NCBI GenBank assembly: GCA_902497145.1 | Contig: CABVDR010000004.1 | Coordinates: forward strand, 15,459-79,458 | Length of the DNA stretch: 64,000 nt | Source of the DNA: an uncultured Oscillospiraceae bacterium | GTDB lineage: Bacteria; Bacillota; Clostridia; Oscillospirales; Oscillospiraceae | Reading direction: 5' to 3' | Shown here: positions 37,586-46,324 of the stretch, piece by piece | Layout of the letters: each line of letters begins with the position of its first letter | Numbering within the stretch: the stretch's first letter is position 1 | Notes under the pieces: model-generated | The model's database searches: none | What the model was told of the DNA's origin: nothing | Seen by the model: the letters and a program-made list of their open reading frames with translations, nothing else | Translations under genes and position numbers: made by a program

Positions 37586-37961
37586 CCCGCTATACGTCCG
37601 GGTATAGCGGGTATGGCAAAATGGAAGGGTTCTTACGGCCGGTTCAGACGCAGATGAATTATGATGCTGCGTGTCGTACAGAGGAGTCAACATGTGTTGA
37701 CTGGAAATGAAAGCTATATATGCTGATTGGATTTCGTCCTTCGCATTGCTCTTTGCCCGTCGCTCTGCTTGTCCTCTCGTCCATCCGCAACTTCCCTCTA
37801 TGCTTCGCCGTGTGAATACGTCTCCATCGTTTAGGTTCACCTGAGTGTTTTTATCATGAAGTCGCCTGGAAATTGCACGAGTCAGATCGGCCTTTGGCAG
37901 GACAGACTATCAATATCCCGGCGGATAAGGGCCGAAGCGGCCCGGAAGTTTTGCCATACCC
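37586..37961 (+). ncRNA. Candidate large structured ncRNA
   Basis: 13-bp perfect long-range stem (37609-37621 with 37949-37961), second long-range stem (37637-37644 with 37885-37892), several local hairpins, pyrimidine-rich core, no + strand ORF of 60 aa or more. Confidence 0.65.
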
Positions 37962-38271
37962 CCTGTACCCGGAAGCAATATCCCATGAAATGACTTGAGC
38001 AGCAGGCCGTGGCCTGCTGCTCAATGGATTTAATATGGGAAGAAGAGACTAAGATCTCATTCATGGAAATTTGAAACAGTGCGCTCAGGGCGTAGAGGTT
38101 GTCGATGCTGGGCAGGCTCTGTCCCCTTTGCCACTTGTAGATGGCCTGTGGCTCTTCAAAGCCAAAAAACTGCTGTATATCCCGCACCGTAAAGCCCCGC
38201 TCTTGGCGCAGCCGGGTGATGTTGGCACCGGTTGCCACAGGATCAATCACCGGAAATTGGGTAATCGCCAT
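37882..38271 (-). CDS. XRE family HTH regulator
   Basis: GANITRLRQERGFTVRDIQ...QAIYKWQRGQSLPSIDNL..LS.LF.ISMNEIL; RBS GGAGG; TTGCAT-17-TATATT promoter upstream. Confidence 0.9.
   Translation of the reverse strand: MAITQFPVIDPVATGANITRLRQERGFTVRDIQQFFGFEEPQAIYKWQRGQSLPSIDNLYALSALFQISMNEILVSSSHIKSIEQQATACCSSHFMGYCFRVQGVWQNFRAASALIRRDIDSLSCQRPI
37995..38024. repeat. 14-bp perfect inverted repeat inside the XRE 3' region
   Basis: TTGAGCAGCAGGCC-gt-GGCCTGCTGCTCAA. Confidence 0.85.
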
Positions 38272-38406
38272 GAAGACCGCCTCCATTCTTGTCAAATAAG
38301 TCGTTGCATGGGAAAACCAATATAGCCGATTTTATTAGAAAATGCAAGGTTTGAAAGAAAAATGTAACGCAGTTGTCACAAAGAAGGAAAGGAGATGATT
38401 CCATTC

Positions 38407-38574
38407 ATGGTACAGATGGTGCCTTTACACAAGCAGAGCAAGAAAAGGCAGCGGGAATACCATGCCAAGCAGCGCGGCAGCTGGTATGGCCTGAACCCGG
38501 TCACTCGTACGGTGCCCAACCGGAAGGCGTATGACCGAAACCGGGTCAAGCAGGCGGACCGCCGGGGCCTGTGA
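38407..38574 (+). CDS. Small basic hypothetical protein (55 aa, absent from the ORF track)
   Basis: RBS AGGAGATGAT; MVQMVPLHKQSKKRQREYHAKQRGSWYGLNPVTRTVPNRKAYDRNRVK. Confidence 0.7.
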   Translation: MVQMVPLHKQSKKRQREYHAKQRGSWYGLNPVTRTVPNRKAYDRNRVKQADRRGL

Positions 38575-38707
38575 TCCTTTTGCTTCCCAGGCAGGGAAAC
38601 TAGATAGTCTGGAACAGTTTGGAAACTGTCGGATGGATCAGCACGCACAAACATTGACCTCTTCTTTCTGGAAGCGTAAAATGAAGGCAGAGGAGGCGAG
38701 CAAGCAA

Positions 38708-39244
38708 ATGCCGGATACATCGTACTATACCAAGGAGAATCTCCAGGAGGCAGCCCGCTACTGGGATGAAAAGGATGCGGGCAGCGTCAAGCTGGAGCGG
38801 GAAAAGCTGCGGGCCATGGTGAAGGACTACATTCAGGATAATAACACCTGTGCTCTGGCTACCGGGACCGGGAACTATGTGCGCTGCACCCCCATCGAGT
38901 ACAGCTACCACGACGGCTGCTTCTGGATGTTCAGCGAAGGGGGCAAAAAGTTCGTCGGCCTGGCGGAAAACCCCAATGTCTGTCTTGCCATCTTTGATAA
39001 ATATGAGGGCTTCGGCAAGCTCCATGGAGTCCAGATCATGGGCAGGGCAGAGCTGGTGGAACCCTTCAGTGAGGACTACAACGCCCATGCGGCATTTCAG
39101 AAAATTCCGCTGGCCACATTGCGGAAGCTGAGCAGTCCCATGCACCTGATCCGGGTGCGGCCCACACGGATCGACTGTCTGTTCTCCGATTTTAAGAAGC
39201 TGGGCTGCGGGGCGCGGCAGACGTTGGTCCTGGAAGAAGCGTAA
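38708..39244 (+). CDS. Pyridoxamine 5'-phosphate oxidase-like FMN-binding protein
   Basis: CALAT, VRCTPIEY, K...L.ENPNVCLAI, GVQIMGRAE. Confidence 0.8.
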   Translation: MPDTSYYTKENLQEAARYWDEKDAGSVKLEREKLRAMVKDYIQDNNTCALATGTGNYVRCTPIEYSYHDGCFWMFSEGGKKFVGLAENPNVCLAIFDKYEGFGKLHGVQIMGRAELVEPFSEDYNAHAAFQKIPLATLRKLSSPMHLIRVRPTRIDCLFSDFKKLGCGARQTLVLEEA

Positions 39245-39299
39245 AAAGTCCGAGGGGATATCGTTGAATATCCCCCCGGATTTTTTTGCAGTTTTTTAA

Positions 39300-39860
39300 T
39301 TATTTCAGCTTGGCTCCATCCTGGAAGGCGTTGCCCACCTTTTCGCCCAGCTTGCGGTAGGCGCTGTGGATAGGGTCAAAGGTGATGGGCTGGAGCTTGT
39401 CCGGATCGATCTTTCCCTCCTTGTCCAGCACCGCCTCGTCGGCGCTGACGTTGACGATCTCGCCCACCAGGCGGCAGCTCTTTGGATCGTAGCTGATCAG
39501 GCGGCACTCCACCGCCATGGGCAGCTCGTCAATGAGGGGAGCGTCTACAAATTCCGAGCGGGTGGTGTGCCAGCCCGCCTTTTCCACCTTGTTGGCCACG
39601 CTGTTGCCCGATTCGATGCCCACATAGTCGCAGGCCACCAGCTGGTCCACGGTGGCCATGCTGACGGTGAAAGCCTTCCGGGCCAGAATGTTAGCGGTGG
39701 TTTTGTGTCCTGCACTGATGCACATGGACAGCTCCTTGTCCTCGCTGATCCCGCCCCAGGCCGCGTTCATGGCGTCGGGGGTGCCGTCCTCCCCATAGGT
39801 GGCCAGAATAAACACCGGCTGGGGGTAGGTCCAGGGTTTGGCTCCAAAATTCTTACGCAT
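39300..39860 (-). CDS. Flavin reductase / flavoredoxin family protein
   Basis: YPQPVFI.ATY, AMNAAWGG, APLIDE.P...EC. Confidence 0.88.
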   Translation of the reverse strand: MRKNFGAKPWTYPQPVFILATYGEDGTPDAMNAAWGGISEDKELSMCISAGHKTTANILARKAFTVSMATVDQLVACDYVGIESGNSVANKVEKAGWHTTRSEFVDAPLIDELPMAVECRLISYDPKSCRLVGEIVNVSADEAVLDKEGKIDPDKLQPITFDPIHSAYRKLGEKVGNAFQDGAKLK

Positions 39861-40088
39861 ACAAAGATACCTCCTGTTCGATGAAGATGCAGCCGTTTCC
39901 TGCGCAGATATCGGTTCTTCAGGTTCCAGATAGCTCTATTGTAGCGCATCCCTTACGCCGGTACAAGGGGCACGTGGTTTTGGATGGGAGATGGTGTGGC
40001 AGGAAAAAAGGTTAGACAGGGCGGCCGGGAGATGGTACAATAGTGTTGAATATTATATATTAATCCACCCAGAGAGGAAGATGTTTGG

Positions 40089-40778
40089 TTGACCCAGATT
40101 AAATCAAAGCAGCGGGTTGCGGACCACGGCGAGGTGTTTACCAGTGAGCGGGAGGTCAAGGCCATGTGCGACCTGGTGGCTGTGGAGTGCCTGCGCATTG
40201 ACTCACGTTTTTTGGAACCGGCCTGTGGGGACGGAAACTTTTTGGCCGAAATTTTACAGCGGAAGCTGGAGATCGTAAAGGAAAAGTACCGCCGCAGCGC
40301 CTATGACTGGGAACGAAATTCCCTGCTTGCCTTGGGTAGCTTGTATGGCGTGGATATTCTGGCCGATAACTGCGCCCACTGCCGGGAACGGCTTTACCAA
40401 ATTTGGGCGACAAGCTACAAGTCGGTCTGCAAAAAGGAGTGTAACGACGAGACACGCCGGGCCGCTCGGTTCATCCTGGAGCGAAACATCGTGTGCGGCA
40501 ACGCGCTGAGTCTTCACTGTGTGGATGAAAAGCAGAAGGATACGCAGACCCCGATTGTATTTTCTGAATGGACCTTCCCGCAGAACAACGCCTTTTTGCA
40601 CCGTAAGGACTATACCTTTGGAGAACTGCTAAACGGGGAGGAAGAGAAGAAAACAGCACGCGTGCAGCAGTCCCTGTACGGCAATGAGGTGCAGGAAGCG
40701 GCAGGGGAAGGGACCTTTATTCAGGAGTATGTTTGCCATTACCGGCGTTTGGGAGAAGAAAAGATGGACCAGCAGTAG
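40089..40778 (+). CDS. Short SAM-binding DNA methyltransferase-like subunit
   Basis: [16 protein letters not shown] (motif I), [13 protein letters not shown]; no NPPY motif. Confidence 0.85.
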   Translation: MTQIKSKQRVADHGEVFTSEREVKAMCDLVAVECLRIDSRFLEPACGDGNFLAEILQRKLEIVKEKYRRSAYDWERNSLLALGSLYGVDILADNCAHCRERLYQIWATSYKSVCKKECNDETRRAARFILERNIVCGNALSLHCVDEKQKDTQTPIVFSEWTFPQNNAFLHRKDYTFGELLNGEEEKKTARVQQSLYGNEVQEAAGEGTFIQEYVCHYRRLGEEKMDQQ

Positions 40779-40801
40779 GAACAGAGGAGGAATTTTGTAC
40801 T

Positions 40802-42436
40802 GTGTCTGATGCATTTGAGAAAGTTTATAATCCGGACGTTTTAACCTGTCTGGCCAACCTCTCCAGCGATGAAGTTTTTACCCCGCCTGACGTGGCAAAC
40901 CAAATGCTGGATCTGCTGCCCCAGGAGCTGTTTGAAGATCCCAATACCACTTTTCTGGACCCGGCATGTAAGAGCGGGATTTTTCTGCGGGAGATTGCCA
41001 AGCGCCTTCTGAAAGCCCGGATTCCCGGATACGAAGAACGCGCCAAAGAGATTGCAGAGAAGAGGCGCTGCCAGCTTCCGCTGACCGGGGCGGATGAGCT
41101 CTTTGAGCAGGAGCTTCAGCAGGCGGTGGACCATATCATGCACAAGCAGCTGTTTGCCATCACCATCACAGAGCTCACCAGCCTCATTTCCCGCAGAAGC
41201 GTGTACTGCTCCAAATATCCCAATACCGAATTTTCCATCAGCCGGTTTCCCACGGCGGAGGGGAATATCCGCTTTCGCAGTATCAGGCATACCTGGAAGG
41301 ACGGGAAATGTGTGTTCTGCGGGGCCAGTGAGAGCGAATATGCCCGGGCAGATGGGCTGGAGACCCACGCCTATGAGTTTATTCACACAGCAAATCCAGA
41401 GGAGATATGGAATATGGGTTTTTCATTTGACGTGATCATCAGTAATCCGCCCTATCAGCTATCGGACGGCGGAAACGCGGCAAGCGCCATTCCAATTTAT
41501 CATAAATTTGTCCAGCAGGCCCTGAAGCTGCGGCCTCGCTACTTGAGTATGATTATTCCGGCCCGGTGGTACACCGGTGGCCGGGGTCTGGACGCGTTCC
41601 GCAACGATATGCTGCACGACGACCAAATCCAGATTCTCCATGACTTTCCCGACGCCTCCGACTGTTTCCCGGGGGTGGAGATCAAGGGCGGCGTGTGCTA
41701 CTTCCTGTGGGCCCGGGATTCCAGCGGGCCCTGCCAGGTCTATGCCCACCGGGGGCAGGAGGTGGATATGTCCCAGCGCCCCCTGCTGGAGCCGGGAATG
41801 AAGACCTTCCTGCGCAACGACACCCAGATCAGTGTGCTGTATAAAGTACGCAGCAAGGGGGAGCCCTCGTTTGCCGATTATCTCCATGCCGGGCGGTATT
41901 TTGGATTCCACACCCGGGTGGACCGGTTCGGAGATGGCACAGGACAGATCCAGACCGCCGACGGAAAGGCGTTTTTGCCGGTGCGGGAGGCCAAGGACGA
42001 GCAGTATAACGTGAAAGTCTTTGTCCACGGTGGGGCGTGCTGGATCCCGCTGAACCAGGTACCCAGGCATCAGGAGGAGGCGCTGTGCTGGAAGGTTCTG
42101 CTGCCCCGCTCAGGCAACCCGGGGGGTACCGTCATTGGCCGCCCCAAGCTTAGTGAGCCCTATTCCTGCAGCTCCAATACCTATGTGGTGGCTCTGCCGC
42201 CGGAGAAACCCTTTACCCAGGAGGAGGCAGAACATTGCCTGTCCTATATCCAGACGAAATTTTTCCGTTACCTGGTGTCTATTCAGACATCCACTCAGGA
42301 TACCCCGCCCAAGGCCTATCAGTTTGTGCCGGTGCAGGATTTTTCCCGGCCCTGGACAGATGAACAGCTGTATGAAAAATACGGCTTGACCCCCAAAGAG
42401 CAGGCAGCTATCGAGACCACAGTTGCACCGATGTAA
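40802..42436 (+). CDS. Eco57I-type N6-adenine DNA methyltransferase with C-terminal recognition region
   Basis: [44 protein letters not shown]. Confidence 0.9.
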   Translation: MSDAFEKVYNPDVLTCLANLSSDEVFTPPDVANQMLDLLPQELFEDPNTTFLDPACKSGIFLREIAKRLLKARIPGYEERAKEIAEKRRCQLPLTGADELFEQELQQAVDHIMHKQLFAITITELTSLISRRSVYCSKYPNTEFSISRFPTAEGNIRFRSIRHTWKDGKCVFCGASESEYARADGLETHAYEFIHTANPEEIWNMGFSFDVIISNPPYQLSDGGNAASAIPIYHKFVQQALKLRPRYLSMIIPARWYTGGRGLDAFRNDMLHDDQIQILHDFPDASDCFPGVEIKGGVCYFLWARDSSGPCQVYAHRGQEVDMSQRPLLEPGMKTFLRNDTQISVLYKVRSKGEPSFADYLHAGRYFGFHTRVDRFGDGTGQIQTADGKAFLPVREAKDEQYNVKVFVHGGACWIPLNQVPRHQEEALCWKVLLPRSGNPGGTVIGRPKLSEPYSCSSNTYVVALPPEKPFTQEEAEHCLSYIQTKFFRYLVSIQTSTQDTPPKAYQFVPVQDFSRPWTDEQLYEKYGLTPKEQAAIETTVAPM

Positions 42437-42449
42437 GGAGGCGTAATTG

Positions 42450-43316
42450 ATGAAGCGACGGGATGTAGAAGGAGCGCACCCATTTTCCCAGGAAATCGCA
42501 CAGGCATGCGGCATCTATGAGCTGGGCGGGCTGCTCATGGACGATCAGGGCGGTTTTACTGCCGTGGTGGAGGCCTTTGAGCTGAGCAAGGACGAGGCCG
42601 CCGGGGGAATACATCTGTCGGATCTGCTGCGTCGGGGAGGCTACTATCCCGGACTGTGCATAGGCTGCCGTTTGGCCAGACAGCTGGGGGTGGAGACCCA
42701 CCTGTTCGTGAAGATCGAGGGAGAACCGGAGATCCGCCAATATCAGGTTGTCGTGGAGGAGAAAGAAACCGGTCCCGTACTGAAAGAGGTGACCCATGCC
42801 CGCCTGAGTGAGGATGACTTTGTGGAGTGGTGGGCCAAGCATAAGAAAACAAAGCAGACCAAAGGCTACCGCACAGATTTTCAGCGGCGGGCGGAAAATA
42901 GCTACTTTGATAACGTGCTGGAATCCCACGGCCTGCGATGGGGCGGCAACGTGGATGGATTGCTGGTATCTCCGGAAAACGGAAACCAGGTGACTGCCAT
43001 CATTGAGAACCGGTACACCCAAAAGTGCCCCATCAGGAGCTATGATCCCGCCAAGCATTTTCACGATGACATCAACACCTGGAGACCGCTGATCCTGCTG
43101 CGGGAGCAGCTGGATGTGCCCCTGTTGCTTATGACTTACTCCCGCCGCACCGGGGAGGGGCGAAAGGTAGGCTTGGCCCAGGTCATCAACGGACCGGAGG
43201 ACACCGAGAATCTGTTATATGCCAACAGTCCGGCGCTCCGCCGTCCGGTGCCCCCCAATCAGCGCATCGTCACCTCGGTGGATGCAGCAAAGCAGTGGTT
43301 GGCTGCATTTCAGTAA
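42450..43316 (+). CDS. Hypothetical protein, possible PD-(D/E)xK-type nuclease
   Basis: RBS AAGGAGG; GGNVDGLLV...AIIENR motif; embedded in the RM operon. Confidence 0.7.
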   Translation: MKRRDVEGAHPFSQEIAQACGIYELGGLLMDDQGGFTAVVEAFELSKDEAAGGIHLSDLLRRGGYYPGLCIGCRLARQLGVETHLFVKIEGEPEIRQYQVVVEEKETGPVLKEVTHARLSEDDFVEWWAKHKKTKQTKGYRTDFQRRAENSYFDNVLESHGLRWGGNVDGLLVSPENGNQVTAIIENRYTQKCPIRSYDPAKHFHDDINTWRPLILLREQLDVPLLLMTYSRRTGEGRKVGLAQVINGPEDTENLLYANSPALRRPVPPNQRIVTSVDAAKQWLAAFQ

Positions 43317-43334
43317 GGAGGAATTTGTAATACT

Positions 43335-45959
43335 ATGCCGGATCAGGAGTTCTTTCTTCAACGTCCCCCTGTTGTCCCGCAGATCTACGCCTATACCCTG
43401 CCGGGTGTGGCGTCCCATGAGGGATATATTAAGGTTGGCTACACCCAGCGCAGTGATGTGAACGTGCGCATTGCCGAGCAGCTGCATACCAGCGGCCTGA
43501 AGCATAAGCTTCTTTTTACAGAACATGCCATGCGTCCGGATGGCACCTGCTTTACGGACCATGATGTCCATGCAGTGCTGCGGAAAAAGGGTTATCCTCA
43601 GCTTTATGTGGGGGAGAAACATAACGAGTGGTTCCGGTGTTCGGAAGATGCGGTACGGGCCGCGATCATCGCAGTGCGGGACCGGACCGACAACGTAGAG
43701 GAGCGTACCCAGTCCTTTCAGATGCGCCAGGAGCAGGCGGATGCGGTGAAAAAGACCATGGACTACTTTCAAAAAACGTTCAATGAGTCCGGCCGGCCGC
43801 CGAAATTCCTCTGGAACGCCAAAATGCGCTTCGGCAAGACCTTTGCCGCCTATGAGCTGGCCAAAGCCATGGGGTTCAAGCGGGTTTTGATCCTGACCTT
43901 TAAGCCCGCGGTGGAGTCCGCCTGGCGCAGTGATCTGGTGAGCCATGTGGATTTTGAGGGGTGGCAGTTTGTCTCCAATCAGGACGCCCACAGCAACAAG
44001 ATCAACATCGATGAGCAATACACTAAAACGGACAAAGCTCGCCCCATCGTGGTGTTCGGCTCCTTCCAGGATCTGTTGGGAACCAATGAGAGCGGCGGCA
44101 TTAAAGCAAAAAATGAGTTTATCCACAGGGAACATTGGGACCTGGTAATTTTCGACGAGTATCATTTCGGCGCCTGGCGGGAAAATGCCGCCAAGCTGTT
44201 TGAGCGGCCCAATGACGAGGACGTAGACTTTGACCAGGAGAGATACAGCCGGGAAGAGGCGGGCAACGCCGTCAATGAGACCTTCCTTCCCATTACCACC
44301 CGCTGCTATTTGTTCCTGTCCGGCACTCCGTTCCGGGCGCTGAACAGCGGCGAGTTTATTGAGGATCAGATCTTTAACTGGACTTACTCCGATGAGCAGC
44401 GGGCAAAAGATGCCTGGCACGGGCCGGATAACCCCTACCTGGCGCTGCCCCGCATGGTCCTGCTCACGTACCGCCTGCCTGACAGCATCCGGCAGATCGC
44501 CATTCAGGGGGAGTTTGACGAATTTGACCTGAATGTGTTCTTTTCCACCCGGCCAACGGAGAAAAATAAACCGGAGAGCGCAAGGTTTGTCTATGAGAAC
44601 GAAGTACAGAAGTGGCTGGACCTGATTCGCGGCTCCCATCTCCCTTCCAACCTGGACGATATGAGGCTGGGAATGGACAAGCGGCCGCCCATGCCCTTCT
44701 CCGATACGCGCCTGCTGAATGTACTGAGCCACACCCTTTGGTTTTTGCCCAGCGTGGCCAGCTGCTACGCCATGTACAATCTGCTCCAGCAAAAGCAGAA
44801 TACCTTCTATCATGACTACACCATCAATGTGTGTGCCGGTGCCAAGGCGGGGGTGGGACTGGACGCGCTGGCTCCTGTGGAGCGCTCCATGGGCAATCCC
44901 CTGCAAACCAAGACGATTACCCTCTCCTGCGGTAAGATGACCACCGGCGTGACCATCAAACCCTGGACCGGCGTATTTATGCTGCGCAATTTGAAAAGTC
45001 CGGAGACCTATTTCCAGACCGCCTTCCGGGTACAATCCCCCTGGACGGTTCAGGATGAGAACGGGAAGACACAGATCATCAAGCAGGAGTGCTACGTCTT
45101 TGACTTTGCGTTGGACCGGGCGCTGCGGCAGATCTCCGACTACGCCTGCCGCCTGGATGCCCAGGAGGCAAATCCGGAAAAGAAGGTGGCGGAGTTTATC
45201 CACTTCCTGCCTGTTCTGGCCTACGACGGCAGTTCCATGAAGCAGGTCAGCGCCCAGGATATCCTGGACATTGCCATGTCGGGTACTTCGGCCACTCTGC
45301 TGGCCCGCAGATGGCAGTCTGCCCTGCTGGTCAATGTGGATAACAGTACCCTCCAGCGCCTGATGGACAACCAGCGGGCGATGGATGCCCTCAGCCGCAT
45401 TGAGGCGTTCCGAAGCCTGAACCGGGACATTCAGACCATCATCAATCAGTCCAATGTGGTCAAAAAGGCGAAGGCCTCCGGGGAAAAGCTGACCCGGGAA
45501 GAAAAACGGCAGCTGAGCGAGGCGGAAAAGGAAATAAAATCCAAACGCAAAGAGGTCCAGGAAAAGCTGGTGAAATTTGCCACCCGCATCCCGGTCTTTA
45601 TGTATTTGACCGATTACCGGGAGCGCTCCCTGAAGGATATCATTACCCAGCTGGAGCCCGGCTTGTTCCAAAAGGTCACCGGCCTGGATGTGATGGATTT
45701 TGACCTGCTGTGCTCCCTGGGAGTTTTTAACGCAAACCTGATGAATGACGCCATCTTCAAATTCAAGCGCTATGAGGATGCCTCCCTCTCCTATACCGGC
45801 CTGGATCATAACTCGGGGCAGGATGTAGGCGGTTGGGATACGATTCTCAAACGGGAGGAATATGAGCGCCTGTTCTATAACCAGCAGGCCACCATGTCGG
45901 CGGGAACCTCTGACGGCACCCTGATGACAGAGGTCACGAAAACAAAAGAGGAGGTGTAG
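43335..45959 (+). CDS. Restriction subunit: GIY-YIG/T5orf172-like nuclease + SF2 helicase
   Basis: QIYAY...IKVGYT...NEWF N-terminal domain; NAKMRFGKT, DEYH, LSGTP, TTGVT, YFQTAFRVQ helicase motifs. Confidence 0.88.
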   Translation: MPDQEFFLQRPPVVPQIYAYTLPGVASHEGYIKVGYTQRSDVNVRIAEQLHTSGLKHKLLFTEHAMRPDGTCFTDHDVHAVLRKKGYPQLYVGEKHNEWFRCSEDAVRAAIIAVRDRTDNVEERTQSFQMRQEQADAVKKTMDYFQKTFNESGRPPKFLWNAKMRFGKTFAAYELAKAMGFKRVLILTFKPAVESAWRSDLVSHVDFEGWQFVSNQDAHSNKINIDEQYTKTDKARPIVVFGSFQDLLGTNESGGIKAKNEFIHREHWDLVIFDEYHFGAWRENAAKLFERPNDEDVDFDQERYSREEAGNAVNETFLPITTRCYLFLSGTPFRALNSGEFIEDQIFNWTYSDEQRAKDAWHGPDNPYLALPRMVLLTYRLPDSIRQIAIQGEFDEFDLNVFFSTRPTEKNKPESARFVYENEVQKWLDLIRGSHLPSNLDDMRLGMDKRPPMPFSDTRLLNVLSHTLWFLPSVASCYAMYNLLQQKQNTFYHDYTINVCAGAKAGVGLDALAPVERSMGNPLQTKTITLSCGKMTTGVTIKPWTGVFMLRNLKSPETYFQTAFRVQSPWTVQDENGKTQIIKQECYVFDFALDRALRQISDYACRLDAQEANPEKKVAEFIHFLPVLAYDGSSMKQVSAQDILDIAMSGTSATLLARRWQSALLVNVDNSTLQRLMDNQRAMDALSRIEAFRSLNRDIQTIINQSNVVKKAKASGEKLTREEKRQLSEAEKEIKSKRKEVQEKLVKFATRIPVFMYLTDYRERSLKDIITQLEPGLFQKVTGLDVMDFDLLCSLGVFNANLMNDAIFKFKRYEDASLSYTGLDHNSGQDVGGWDTILKREEYERLFYNQQATMSAGTSDGTLMTEVTKTKEEV

Positions 45960-45964
45960 AGTGT

Positions 45965-46150
45965 ATGCCGAAACCCAAAAAGGATGGCCACTACATCAAC
46001 TGCTATCTGGAAAGAAATCTGTATAACCGGCTGTGCTATTATGCCGATGAGAAGGGCCAGACGAAGACATTGGCCATTGAACGGATCCTAAAGGAGTATT
46101 TCGACAAGCACGAAGTACCTTCTGTGATCCCCGAGGAGCCCGGAGAGTGA
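45965..46150 (+). CDS. Small ribbon-helix-helix DNA-binding protein
   Basis: Alternating strand YINCYL then helix-G-helix (KGQTKTLAIERIL); RBS GGAGGTG. Confidence 0.7.
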   Translation: MPKPKKDGHYINCYLERNLYNRLCYYADEKGQTKTLAIERILKEYFDKHEVPSVIPEEPGE

Positions 46151-46324
46151 GCGGCAGGTTTTTCATACGCTGACTCCAAGCAGAAAAGGGAAAAACGCCT
46201 CTTGACCATGGACGGCGGCGATTGCCGCCTTCCGGTCAGGAGACGTTTTCTTTTTCAAGTACTTTTTGCCTGCCCTGGTATTTCAAAGATGGGAAGGAAA
46301 ATATGCAGTCCTATGCCGATCCGA

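Noticed and set aside
36848..37840. 330-aa minus-strand ORF covering the unknown gene and the RNA region
   Set aside because: Mostly the antisense shadow of 36926-37558; no RBS and no protein-like features in the part over the RNA.
37586..37961. Reading the terminal inverted repeat as an IS/MITE, CRISPR array, tmRNA, RNase P or SRP RNA
   Set aside because: No target-site duplication or transposase, no repeat-spacer pattern and no hallmark motifs of those RNAs. Pairing continues through G-U pairs and internal loops, which suits an RNA fold. An Rfam search is still needed.
43215..45809. 864-aa minus-strand ORF
   Set aside because: Antisense shadow of the helicase-nuclease gene.
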